From a virus (Duplodnaviria; Caudoviricetes): a DNA stretch of 64,000 bases. The DNA is taken from the IMG/VR virus record IMGVR_UViG_3300025838_000035, positions 1 through 64,000 of that record, one strand, 5' to 3'. Below the pieces are notes generated by a model, which saw nothing but the letters and a program-made list of their open reading frames with translations, had not been told where the DNA came from and made no database searches. Both the position numbers and the translations under genes were made by a program. How positions within the stretch are numbered: position 1 is the stretch's first letter; each line of letters opens with the position of its first letter. This document shows positions 19,498 through 28,700 of this stretch, piece after piece.

Positions 19498-19751
19498 TCT
19501 TGTTCCCTTGCTCGGATTGCACCAGCACATTCGCTTGCTCCCTCACCCATGAATTCATATCTACCTTGTATGTCTATCCATGATAAGTAAAAACCATCAC
19601 AAATTTCAGCACACGCCTCACGTTCTTTCTCTGCTACCAGTTTGGCAAAAGATAAAAGCTCTTCTGTAAAACAAACCCAATCATCTGATGTCATTGGTAT
19701 TTTTTCAAAACCAGCTTGGCAAGCCATCTCTATGATTTCATTATTCGTCAT
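19494..19751 (-). CDS. Modular small protein (MTNNEII..AEKEREACAEI..IRAR)
   Basis: Shared modules. Confidence 0.55.
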   Translation of the reverse strand: MTNNEIIEMACQAGFEKIPMTSDDWVCFTEELLSFAKLVAEKEREACAEICDGFYLSWIDIQGRYEFMGEGASECAGAIRAREQE

Positions 19752-19857
19752 CGTTATTCCTTATAAAGACGGTGTAGCCACATCTCCAGCAGACCCAATG
19801 CATCCGAGCCTCTGTCAGCTCCATCTCGCCTAATTTACAAATAGGACAATCATTCAT
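19741..19857 (-). CDS. 38-aa zinc-ribbon peptide
   Basis: MNDCPICKLG...WVCWRCGY, two CxxC pairs; translated by hand. Confidence 0.5.
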   Translation of the reverse strand: MNDCPICKLGEMELTEARMHWVCWRCGYTVFIRNNDDE

Positions 19858-19963
19858 GTACCAACGCCCAGTAAGCTACCCACATACATGCCAATGCCAA
19901 TCCTGCACTCACCAAAGCACAGATCAACGCAATGGCAATCAGTACAAAATTGATCAGCTCCAT
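19850..19963 (-). CDS. 37-aa single-TM membrane peptide
   Basis: MELINFVLIAIALICALVSAGLALACMWVAYWALVHE; translated by hand. Confidence 0.45.
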   Translation of the reverse strand: MELINFVLIAIALICALVSAGLALACMWVAYWALVHE

Positions 19964-20160
19964 TAGGTCACCTCGGTCAATAGCTTATTTGCTGCCTGTC
20001 TAATCTCATTCAAAACCAAACTAGGATCACGACCAGATGTGATCGACTGATCAGCCTTGATCACAATGTGCTGCAAAAAGTGAGCTATCTTCTCAGCTCT
20101 ATGCGACACTTCAAACTTAACCTTGTCCCTTGGAAACTCAAACTCAAGCGTTATTTTCAT
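19963..20160 (-). CDS. Hypothetical protein
   Basis: MKITLEFEFPRD.., coupled to neighbours. Confidence 0.55.
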   Translation of the reverse strand: MKITLEFEFPRDKVKFEVSHRAEKIAHFLQHIVIKADQSITSGRDPSLVLNEIRQAANKLLTEVT

Positions 20161-20311
20161 TTAACCTACTCCTCTTTTCCTTCAACAACCAATTACTTCC
20201 CAACGCACGAATAGACCTGATCCATTTCCTCTGGTTAGCTCTGTTCTCCCAGTAGGGTATGTAGTCCACATTCCATAACCGTCTTGCCATCTTTAAATAA
20301 GTAACGTCCAT
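20144..20311 (-). CDS. Small basic hypothetical protein (55 aa)
   Basis: MDVTYLKMARRLWNVDYIP..NQRKWIRSIRALGSNWLL; AAGGAG RBS; translated by hand. Confidence 0.55.
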   Translation of the reverse strand: MDVTYLKMARRLWNVDYIPYWENRANQRKWIRSIRALGSNWLLKEKRSRLNENNA

Positions 20312-20334
20312 GTAATCTCCTTGTAAGAGCTTAC

Positions 20335-20343
20335 ATTATATCA
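20335..20343 (-). promoter_or_regulatory. Extended -10 promoter driving the leftward small-ORF array
   Basis: Minus strand TGA-TATAAT about 25 nt upstream of the ATG at 20311. Confidence 0.5.
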
Positions 20344-20658
20344 TAGTTTATTGTAGAGAAGTGTGTAGTATTACTACTTAATACAAAATAAGTAATGAAA
20401 GGACAATAGTATGCCCAAGGGTGATAAGCCCTGGCTTTCACTCCTCTCCCAGCTTTAGCTCACTTCTCGATACTAAGCCTAGAGTACGCATAACGCAGCG
20501 ATTTATCGACATGAGCTTGTCTCACCATGTAACTCATATCTTGTCTAGTCCCTCGCTGACAGGCTAGTCGGGTCTGTGGGGTGATATCACAGCCCTGTCT
20601 TTTCTTCCACGCAGCCGATGCAGGCTCTTTCTATCGTGTGGAGTACGACATTTATGGA

Positions 20659-20781
20659 CGAAAAAAAACCGCTTAGTGATGCATTCAAGGTGGCCGCCTT
20701 GCCTAATGACTCTCCCACGAAAGCATTAGGTAAAGCATGAATACATCGCTAAACGGTTTCTCATTACCGGCCACAGTAATG
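20659..20781 (-). ncRNA. c4-like antisense/attenuator RNA element (three-way junction plus target hairpin)
   Basis: 22-bp outer stem 20666-20687/20738-20759 followed by a U-run on the minus strand; inner stem CCTAATG/CATTAGG; loop GTGGCCG (20690-96) complementary to CGGCCAC in hairpin loop 20768-74. Confidence 0.55.
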
Positions 20782-20821
20782 TGATATCAGTATATCAAAT
20801 CTAATAATTTCTGCAATAGGT

Positions 20822-20906
20822 TGTTGGTGCTCACATAAAGCAGTGTCTTTAACTGGAGTAAATGTTTACCTTACCCTCAACGGCGCTAACCCGTTGCACA
20901 CCAACA
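20822..20906 (-). ncRNA. Candidate structured RNA element
   Basis: Closing stem TGTTGGTG/CACCAACA; internal hairpin CAACGG-7nt-CCGTTG; strand uncertain. Confidence 0.4.
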
Positions 20907-20909
20907 TGA

Positions 20910-20969
20910 ATGGAGACTGCACTTACAGTCGGAACTCGTCCCACGGCTATGCATCGCCTCAATCTCCAT
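20910..20969. ncRNA. Candidate multi-hairpin structured RNA element
   Basis: ATGGAGA/TCTCCAT closing stem enclosing GACTG/CAGTC, GGA/TCC and GGC/GCC hairpins. Confidence 0.35.
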
Positions 20970-21011
20970 ACATCTTGGTATGGTGAAGCCGCTTCATCAT
21001 ACTTTGAATGA

Positions 21012-21024
21012 TGAGTCCGACTCA
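21012..21024. promoter_or_regulatory. Palindromic site TGAGTCCGACTCA, copy 1 (intergenic)
   Basis: Exact 13-mer repeated at 28499, 39197 (reverse) and 62728. Confidence 0.6.
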
Positions 21025-21028
21025 ACAT

Positions 21029-21061
21029 AAAAAAAGGGAGAGACTTTTGATCTCTCCCTAA
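21029..21061 (-). terminator. Intrinsic terminator after the endonuclease gene
   Basis: Minus strand AGGGAGAGA-loop-TCTCTCCC followed by TTTTTTT. Confidence 0.7.
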
Positions 21062-21108
21062 GGCTTCTTTACAAGGAGGAAAAGAAAGCAACTATGGAGG
21101 CTATTTTA

Positions 21109-21393
21109 CTACACCTTGGCCAATATGTCCAATGCTTGCTCTACAGACTCCACAATAGCCAGTACGCCACCCGTCCAATCGTCAAAGAACTTCTGCTCCG
21201 CCTCGGTTAATTTCCTACCGCTAGGCGGTTTATTGCCATCTTTGACCTCAAATAACAACGTCTGCCCCAAGTAGCCTACCAATAAATCAGGTATCCCGTC
21301 CCCCTGAGAAATGATCCGAACCGTAGCCCCTTGCTTACGCAAAGCCTCTACGATCTCATTTTGATTGGCGTCAATTCTGTTGGCGTATCTCAT
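21109..21393 (-). CDS. PD-(D/E)XK (VRR-NUC-like) endonuclease
   Basis: RIDANQNEIVEALR..GIPDLLVGY..LFEVKDG..LTEAEQKF; start set at MRYANR. Confidence 0.8.
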   Translation of the reverse strand: MRYANRIDANQNEIVEALRKQGATVRIISQGDGIPDLLVGYLGQTLLFEVKDGNKPPSGRKLTEAEQKFFDDWTGGVLAIVESVEQALDILAKV

Positions 21394-21403
21394 ACCGTAT
21401 TTA

Positions 21404-21440
21404 TACCACAATTGCAAAACAATAATATATGTGGTACATT
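21404..21440. promoter_or_regulatory. Back-to-back divergent promoters
   Basis: Plus strand TTGCAA-17nt-TACATT with TG extension; minus strand TGTGG-TATAAA; inverted repeat TACCACA/TGTGGTA. Confidence 0.55.
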
Positions 21441-21469
21441 ACACTCCCACTCAACACATAGGAGGAAAC

Positions 21470-21703
21470 ATGACAAGGAAACAAATAGCTGAAGAGAATG
21501 TCATAGCTGGTAAAGAAAGGGCGGTAGAAATTACAAACTTTCTATTTGCGAATCAAACCGATGAATACATAACGGATGTTTTGGGTTTAGCCATTACTTA
21601 TGTTTCAATGGGATTAACCGCTGGTTTAACTGGTGTTCAATTGATAACCATCATAGGCGCTACGCTTGACGAGGCACACGAACCAAATGGGACGATGCAA
21701 TGA
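21470..21703 (+). CDS. Hypothetical protein
   Basis: AGGAGG RBS before ATG 21470 (shorter than the track ORF). Confidence 0.55.
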   Translation: MTRKQIAEENVIAGKERAVEITNFLFANQTDEYITDVLGLAITYVSMGLTAGLTGVQLITIIGATLDEAHEPNGTMQ

Positions 21704-21918
21704 ACAAAGAACAAAAAGAAGAAGTGGAGGCTAAATACAAAATAGCAGAAATGAACATGAAGTCTTACCAACTATGGGAAAACTATAGATGGGACAAGGC
21801 AAAGAATCCGTTTGAGGCTTGGCAAGAATTTAAGAGATGGCGTCCTAAACGCCACGTTGTTGTCAAAGAATACTTAGACGCAAAAGAGTTATTAATGAAA
21901 GCTAGAACCAAGGAGTAG
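21700..21918 (+). CDS. Hypothetical protein
   Basis: ATGA overlap. Confidence 0.5.
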   Translation: MNKEQKEEVEAKYKIAEMNMKSYQLWENYRWDKAKNPFEAWQEFKRWRPKRHVVVKEYLDAKELLMKARTKE

Positions 21919-21920
21919 AA

Positions 21921-22094
21921 ATGACAGAGACAGAATTTAGCAGATTACTTGTAGACGCATTCAGGTACAGATGGCTTAGAAAAGAATATGCTGCTGGTCG
22001 AGAAACAGATCTTGCAGAAGGATTGCCGACTGAAGAAGATCTCGATAACTATATAGACAGGAAAGCCATCAATGAAACTCACGAACAAGTTTAA
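21921..22094 (+). CDS. Small hypothetical protein (..DAFRYRWLR..)
   Basis: AAGGAG RBS; DAxRYRWLR motif common in phage ORFs; translated by hand. Confidence 0.5.
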   Translation: MTETEFSRLLVDAFRYRWLRKEYAAGRETDLAEGLPTEEDLDNYIDRKAINETHEQV

Positions 22095-22965
22095 TCTACC
22101 ACAGACGTTTGTTAATGTGATCAAACGTCCTACTTACTCAAAAGGTAAGTCACACATATCAGCTACTGAGCTGATTAACAGTCCCAAGATTGTTGCGCTT
22201 AAACGTGAGCATTGGGAAGAGCTAGAGCAAGATGCATCAGAGATGGTGTGGGCACTATTCGGCTCAGCCGTTCACGGCATATTGGAGCATGGCAAAGGGG
22301 ATAACCATATCGTTGAAGAGCGCTTGCACATCGAGGTAGATGGTTGGAAGTTATCAGGAGCTATTGATCTACAAGAAGTTGAAGATGAAGGCATTGTGAT
22401 CAAGGATTACAAAGTAACTGGCGCATGGGCGGTGATGAATGAGAAACAAGACTGGCACGATCAGCTCAACATATACGCTTGGTTGGTAGAAGCAGTAAAG
22501 AAGAAACCAGTTAAGAAGTGTGAGATTGTTGCCATCATCAGAGATTGGTCAGCTAGAGAGGCGCAGAACAAAGAGGGCTATCCTCAATCCCCAGTAGCGG
22601 TTATTGATATACCGATATGGGATTTTGAGAAGAGAGATACGTTTATCAAAAGCAGAATAGCAGCACATGCATCAGCACAGTTTGAACTTGATTCAAACGG
22701 GGAACTACCAAATTGCACAGAGTCCGAGATGTGGGAAAAGCCTACACGCTATGCAGTAAAGAAGAAAGGAGGAGTAAGAGCAAAGAGCGTACATGACACA
22801 GAAGAAGACGCACAACACATTCTCAATCAAATGGGCAAAGACTATTTTATTGAGATAAGACAGGGTGAGAGAACGAGGTGTGAAAGCTATTGCCAAGTAG
22901 CACCATTTTGTAAACAGTACAAGGAGTATAAAGATGCCAAGGAAACCAACCAATTGGAGAGCTGA
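22072..22965 (+). CDS. PD-(D/E)XK exonuclease (Cas4/RecB-like, recombination)
   Basis: ISATELINSP, GSAVHGILE, LSGAIDL, IKDYKV, QLNIYAW, C-terminal RCESYCQVAPFC. Confidence 0.8.
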   Translation: MKLTNKFNLPQTFVNVIKRPTYSKGKSHISATELINSPKIVALKREHWEELEQDASEMVWALFGSAVHGILEHGKGDNHIVEERLHIEVDGWKLSGAIDLQEVEDEGIVIKDYKVTGAWAVMNEKQDWHDQLNIYAWLVEAVKKKPVKKCEIVAIIRDWSAREAQNKEGYPQSPVAVIDIPIWDFEKRDTFIKSRIAAHASAQFELDSNGELPNCTESEMWEKPTRYAVKKKGGVRAKSVHDTEEDAQHILNQMGKDYFIEIRQGERTRCESYCQVAPFCKQYKEYKDAKETNQLES

Positions 22966-23176
22966 ATATATTGAGGCTAAAAAAATAGGCGAGCTACATA
23001 AGCAAGCCAACGATGCACTTCACCTTGAAATGGAGAAACAAATCAAGAACTACGACAAGATGATTGTTGATTCTAAACGCTTAAGAGAAATGCTTTACGA
23101 GCAAAGAGGCGTAATAGGATTTCTTGAGGCTAAGATTGAAAAGCTAGTGGAGAGTAAAAATGAACATAACGCTTAA
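22934..23176 (+). CDS. Coiled-coil hypothetical protein
   Basis: Heptad-rich ORF. Confidence 0.5.
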   Translation: MPRKPTNWRAEYIEAKKIGELHKQANDALHLEMEKQIKNYDKMIVDSKRLREMLYEQRGVIGFLEAKIEKLVESKNEHNA

Positions 23177-23603
23177 CTTTGAAAACCATAAAGAGCACGT
23201 TGATTATTGTTTGCTCATTGTAAGAAGTTTTTATAGTGGCCAATTGATTTCTATTGATGAATTCAAAAGGCTTGAAAGTTTATACAACGAACAAACTGCA
23301 TTACTTAATCAAGAAAAACAAAAGTTAATTCATTGGGAGAAACTTTACGGAAAACACAAAAAGACCATAGAAGAAATTGAAGAACGAATCAAAAATGCCA
23401 AAAAGATAGAGGATATGAATTTAACTTTAAGAACATTCAATTGTTTGAAGGCAGTAAAAGTCAATACAGTTGACGAACTGATAAATCATACTGAACAAGA
23501 ATTGTTAACCATACAAAACTTTGGCAGAAAATCACTTAACGAGGTTAAAGATAAATTAAGAGAAATGAATCTTTCTCTATTATCAAGAAGGGTAAATACA
23601 TGA
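23160..23603 (+). CDS. Protein with RNA polymerase alpha-subunit C-terminal-domain-like fold
   Basis: IEDMNLTLRTFNCLK..NTVDELI..ELLTIQNFGRKSLNEVKDKL, closely paralleling RpoA CTD LELTVRSANCLK..PNLGKKSLTEIKDVL. Confidence 0.8.
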   Translation: MNITLNFENHKEHVDYCLLIVRSFYSGQLISIDEFKRLESLYNEQTALLNQEKQKLIHWEKLYGKHKKTIEEIEERIKNAKKIEDMNLTLRTFNCLKAVKVNTVDELINHTEQELLTIQNFGRKSLNEVKDKLREMNLSLLSRRVNT

Positions 23604-24283
23604 CTGTACATAAAAAACTAATGCAAGCTAGAGTTAAATTACTCGACACAAAGCTTGAGAAGTCTGGCCACAACAAGTTTGCAGGCTATAAGTATTTTGA
23701 ATTGGGGGACTTCTTGCCTCCCACTACAAGGATATTTAACGAGCTTGGACTATGCGGTGTGATCACGTTCACAACAGAGTACGCTACGCTTAACATCACA
23801 GACGTTGACGATGGATCAATGATTGTCATCACTTCACCTATGGCCCATGCGGAGCTCAAAGGCGCACACGACATTCAAAATCTTGGTGCTTGCGAAACCT
23901 ACCAAAGAAGATACCTATGGTCTGCTGCGATGGAGCTCACAGAGAATGACCCTATTGATGCGACTGCTGGATCAGAACCACCACCTAAGCCAAAGGCAGA
24001 ACACAAACCCAAAGCTCCTCCTGTTATAGAAGGTAAACCTGGCGAATGGCAAATCAAGATCGAATCCAAGACAGACGATATTGACGTATGGGCAGACGTA
24101 GTGATCGAAGCTGCGGTCATGTTGGCGGAAACGGCTAAAGAACCCCAACATGTAACAAAGATCTATCAGGTCAACAAGACCATCATGGACGCCTTGAAAG
24201 AGGCTAAAAAAGATAGATTCGATCAACTCATGCTAGATTTCAAGAACATCAAAGACAAACTTACAGAGGCACAAAATGGCTAA
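23600..24283 (+). CDS. erf: ERF-family single-strand annealing protein
   Basis: KKLMQAR..KSGHNKFAGYKYFELGDFLP..QNLGACETYQRRYL. Confidence 0.8.
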   Translation: MTVHKKLMQARVKLLDTKLEKSGHNKFAGYKYFELGDFLPPTTRIFNELGLCGVITFTTEYATLNITDVDDGSMIVITSPMAHAELKGAHDIQNLGACETYQRRYLWSAAMELTENDPIDATAGSEPPPKPKAEHKPKAPPVIEGKPGEWQIKIESKTDDIDVWADVVIEAAVMLAETAKEPQHVTKIYQVNKTIMDALKEAKKDRFDQLMLDFKNIKDKLTEAQNG

Positions 24284-24566
24284 TCAATTTCCCAATAGCG
24301 GTAAACTTTCCCCAAACAAGTACAAAGACAATCCAAAGAAACCTGATATGACAGGTGAATTGGTAATGACCAAAGACGCCATCAAAGAGCTATTGGCAGA
24401 AAGCCCTGCTGATGAAGTCACCATCAAGCTAGGCGCATGGAAGATGCAAGGTGCTAATGGAGAATGGGTACGCTTATCATGGAATAACTACAAGCCCAAA
24501 GCACCAGTTAATCCATACGTTCAGCCCAAGCAAGACACATTAGATGACTCGGATATTCCCTTTTGA
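24276..24566 (+). CDS. Putative SSB-like protein
   Basis: KPDMTG..LGAWK; acidic C-terminal DDSDIPF tail. Confidence 0.55.
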   Translation: MANQFPNSGKLSPNKYKDNPKKPDMTGELVMTKDAIKELLAESPADEVTIKLGAWKMQGANGEWVRLSWNNYKPKAPVNPYVQPKQDTLDDSDIPF

Positions 24567-24979
24567 CCATGCAAACGATTCAATATGAGGCAATCAAGGT
24601 AGCATTAAAGCAAGATAAGACTGGCTTTATGCTCACCTTGAACATACACCCAGACGATATACCTGATGATCTTGTGCGTGACTTTGTAGGCGCAAGGTAT
24701 CAGGTAGTTATGGTTCGGCTTGACGCTGAAGACAAACCAATGGATAGAAAAGAGAACATGCGTGATCCAGTCAGACTGGCAGGCATACTCTGTAAAGATC
24801 CTCTGTTCCATGAATTCTTACATGAATCAGGAAACATCTTTGTGAAAGACGAAGACTCAGTAGTCAAATGGTTGAGAGAGGAACTAAAGATCCTTTCTCG
24901 CACCGAGCTCAAGCACAACATAGAAGCTGCAAAGCAACTATTTACAATCAATGAGGAATTCAAAGCATGGAAAAACTGA
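24563..24979 (+). CDS. Hypothetical phage protein
   Basis: Coupled ORF in early operon. Confidence 0.55.
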   Translation: MTMQTIQYEAIKVALKQDKTGFMLTLNIHPDDIPDDLVRDFVGARYQVVMVRLDAEDKPMDRKENMRDPVRLAGILCKDPLFHEFLHESGNIFVKDEDSVVKWLREELKILSRTELKHNIEAAKQLFTINEEFKAWKN

Positions 24980-25269
24980 TTCCGTATTCAGTCCATTTGC
25001 CTGAAGATATCTATATCCAAATGAAAGCCGCTGCTGGAGAACGAAAGGGCTCAGCATTGATCAGAGAGGCGCTAACGTCTTATCTGTCGGGCGGTTCAGA
25101 GCTTGAAGCTGGATATACAAAAGGCATTAACGACTGCATCAAGGTAATCCTGAAGGATCCTTTTCTTTCAGGATTGTCCATCAAGAACAAGGCAATGGAC
25201 TTGCACTTGGCATCACAACTCCAATCACTTCATAGGAAAAGCAATGGCAAGAAAAAAAGAGGGGATTGA
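24967..25269 (+). CDS. Ribbon-helix-helix (Arc/CopG-like) DNA-binding protein
   Basis: N-terminal YSVHLPEDIYIQMKAAA..SALIREAL pattern. Confidence 0.55.
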   Translation: MEKLIPYSVHLPEDIYIQMKAAAGERKGSALIREALTSYLSGGSELEAGYTKGINDCIKVILKDPFLSGLSIKNKAMDLHLASQLQSLHRKSNGKKKRGD

Positions 25270-25444
25270 ATTGCTACGCCCCAAGCAAGACCCTGTACCA
25301 ATAGAACAGATCACTCTATTGGATTGGTATGCAGCCTTTGGAGCTAACTGTATCAGCATGATACATGACGATCCAGAGCTGAACGCCAAAGCGGTGTTTG
25401 AATTTGCAGACGCTTGTTTGCGTGAACGAGCACTAAGAGTTTGA
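25244..25444 (+). CDS. Small hypothetical protein
   Basis: DWYAAF..AVFEFADACLRER motif seen in phage small ORFs. Confidence 0.5.
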   Translation: MARKKEGIELLRPKQDPVPIEQITLLDWYAAFGANCISMIHDDPELNAKAVFEFADACLRERALRV

Positions 25445-25719
25445 ACAATCAACTAAATGCCAAAGAGAGAGCGTACGTCAGGCTTGTTAAGAGTCTGCCG
25501 TGCTCTGTCTGCGATGCATCAGGCCCAAGTGATGCACACCACGTTAAGCAACATCGTCAATACACCGTTGTTGCCCTCTGTAAATCATGCCACCAAGGAG
25601 CCATCATGGGTTGGCATGGCCAGAAAAGAATGTGGGCTATTAAAAAAATGGACGAGATGGACGCCCTTGATATCACGATTCAACGTGCGATCAAGGAGCT
25701 TTCTTCAGCGATTTTCTAA
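25441..25719 (+). CDS. Zn-binding HNH/Ref-like (DUF968-type) nuclease
   Basis: LPCSVC..AHH..LCKSCHQG. Confidence 0.65.
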   Translation: MNNQLNAKERAYVRLVKSLPCSVCDASGPSDAHHVKQHRQYTVVALCKSCHQGAIMGWHGQKRMWAIKKMDEMDALDITIQRAIKELSSAIF

Positions 25720-28700
25720 TTTCCTCAGCATGTTGTGCAACCTGAGATATCAACAGATCTAAACGTTGAATCTCTTGTTGCTTCTGCTCCCCAGTCATTG
25801 ACCTGTTCTGTGGGTTAGCAATCTGTAACTTCTGCTTACGGATACTGGCAATATCCTTGGCAGTCTTATCGTATAGCTTAGCCAGAGCAATATCGTCTTT
25901 CTTCTCAGTCAATATCTCTTTGACCTTTTCCGATTGACCCAACTCGGCATAGTGCCTCATGTCAGCATAAGACTCAGATATCCTCTGATTGTTCTGATAG
26001 AAGTCAGTTACATAAGTAGACTGTGTTGCAGGCAACTTCTGAACAAAGCCCAAGCTCATGCGCTTAGTCCAGTCAGCATCAGGATATACACCATCGTTAA
26101 ACGGCATCATGGCGTATTGGGAAGTAGTCTCAATCGTACCGCCCAACCACCCCATGTATCCACGGATCATGTAGTCAATCTGTACTGGAGAAAGCTCCGT
26201 TCCCGCTATGGGAGCAAATACATGGGACACACCACCCAAAGCCTTAGCGATAGCACTTGTATCGTTGCTCACACGCTCTTGCTTGGATAGACGCTCCATA
26301 CCAGCAGTCTCGATAGGCGCATTGGTAAATGAATCCTTATTTGCATAAACGTCCACCAAAGGCTTGAAGAACTGAGGAGTAGGATTCATAGAGAATGTCT
26401 GGAAGACCATGCGCTGAATGCTATCTCCAAACACTTTACCCTCTACGCCCTTATCAACGATCTGCTCCAAGCTGCGCTCAGCCAATGTACCAAATGAGCC
26501 AAACTCGAAAGGCTTAGGAATGCGAAACACTTCATTTGTTCCTGGAATCTTGAACCACCAGAAGAAGTCACGATCCCATTGCTCACGTTTCTTGAAGTCT
26601 TCATCATCTTTGAACGCCATGTACAAAGCCATAGACGCCAAAGTAACTGCGCCTGCGACAGTAGAAAACGACTTGGCTTTCTGTATATCGTCCTGAATGA
26701 TTGGCTTACCTGTAGCGGTGTTGTAAAAAACACGAACAGTAGGGTTTATCCCGTCCCGACCAAGCTTGTACAAACCCTGTAGACGAGCATTCAAGAACGG
26801 AACGATCTGAGACAAGTAACGAATAGCGCCTGATGATCCACTCATGGAGAAGTCCATCAAGTCACGAGCTTCGAAACTAGCTTCCAAGTGTGTCTTGCCT
26901 TCAGCTCTGAGCTTCTTATACAAGGCTATGCGGTTGATGTTCTCTGAACGGTTACCAATCTCTTCATACTTGTGCCAAAGCTTCTTGAGGAAGTGTTCGA
27001 CCTTTTCTTTGGTATCGACAATGTTCTCACCGTTCACACCACTAGCAAGCAGTTTCTTAACCACTTGACTGCGATCACCCTCTAGCGTTGTTCCGTAGTT
27101 GAATACGCCACCACCAGCCAAAGCAGCGATATAAGTAGCGGAACCTGGCTTACTGTCAGCAAAACCATCATAGACATTCTTAACAAAGTTGTTGGACAAA
27201 CCAGACAAACCAGCAGACTGAATCGAATCCTTGATCAAGTTACTGGCTTTAAAGGCAGGAGATAAAGTGACGCCAAACCGCAAGTAGTTCTTGAAGTTCC
27301 TCATCACATCCAAGACCTTAGACTGTGGCCCAAGGTATGTAATAGCCCCAATAGACTCTAAGAGCATGGGATCATTCACATGGAAGTAGGCATCCTTACC
27401 ATTGATCAAAACCTTAACGGTATCCTTGCCTGAATCCGTCATGCTGACCAAATACTTTTTGCCGTCTTCATCTACACGCTCTTGGACAACATCACCGTTT
27501 CCTACGATTTTGCCACTTTCAGCAGAGTGAACTGCACCGTCAGCCCAGTAAAGACCAGGCTTCAAGTTAGGAGTAACTGCCCCTTGACCAGAGGCATCTT
27601 GGATAATCGTGACCGCTGCTTGATTCTTCATCGAGGCAGACAGAATGTGTGACCAGTTACGCATCACGTTTTCCATCAAATCCCCAAATGGCTTTTCATT
27701 CTGACCTTTGAGCATCTTAGAGAATTGCTGATTGGTCAACCTAGACGCAGCTCTAATGGACTCAATCTTTCCATCTTCCATCGCACGATAGAAAGGAATA
27801 TAGAAAGCGTCATTGGCAAAGCGCTCATAGGCTTCTTTATCAATCGTCCCTGTATCTAAGGCTACGTCCAGAACAGACTTGTTAATGGCCATCATGTCTT
27901 TGCGAGCTTGCTCATAAAGCTTAGCCCTAGACACACCATTCAAGTCACCCTTGATCAAGTCATTGCGCTGAGAAACCATGCTCGACAAGTTGGGAGAACG
28001 CTTTTCATCAGGCAGATTGGCTTCTCTGTTCAAAGCCATCCAGACTTGGAAACGATCTACTTCCTTACCAAGGGGAGCAAGAGCTTGCATCAAGCCCTTG
28101 TGATTGTCCCCAGTTTTAATATTCAAAGCGCCATCATCAAGGAACGCATGGCCATAATGCAAAATACCCTCCAAAGCTCCGTCAGTAGCCTTGGATAAAC
28201 GGGCTTGCATGTAGCCGATAGGCGAATAGTCTTTAACCGTCCTCAGCTCATCAACCATCTTCTGAGCCAATGTGTTCCAGAAGTTACCCTTCATACTTAC
28301 AACACGATCCAATATCGTCTTATTGGGAGCATAGAACGTACTCTGAATCTGTGACGTTAGCTTAGGATCAACGCCTGCAAAGGCATCTACATTCATGGGA
28401 GAACGCTTCTGTAGGGCTTGCTGAACCTTATCCCCCAAAACACGACCTGCTTCATGGGCGGTCATCATCTTAAGGTAGTCTTCCTCTTGATGGGATATTG
28501 AGTCCGACTCAACATACTTTTGGTAGGAAGGCATATTCATCAAACGATCCATCACACGATCTTGAGGATCCTGATGTTCGTATAACGCATCCATGATAGC
28601 CTGTGGCCTAGACTTGCCTTGAGCAACGCCATTCAGAATAGATGATCTAACCTGACTGGCATCAGCAGTTACATTTGTATCAGGAGACAACAACGCAACC

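Larger units (their letters stand above)
17886..19751. repeat. Dispersed short direct repeats at gene boundaries of the small-ORF array
   Basis: TGTGTTCTTCTCCTT at ~17890, ~18156 and ~18410; CCTCATCAGTCAG(C/T)CCTACCCATTC at ~18000 and ~18260; CCCTTGCTCGGATT at ~19152 and ~19506. Confidence 0.8.

Noticed and set aside
17881-19751. Possible CRISPR array or DGR variable region
   Set aside because: Repeats are irregularly spaced, in-frame parts of ORFs; no cas genes, reverse transcriptase or adenine-specific TR/VR pair seen
20910-20969. tRNA gene
   Set aside because: Cloverleaf-like but only ~60 nt, with no TTC-containing T-loop, proper anticodon arm or CCA
22072-22965. Cas4 of a CRISPR-Cas system
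   Set aside because: Context (ERF, SSB-like) indicates a phage recombination exonuclease; no array or other cas genes
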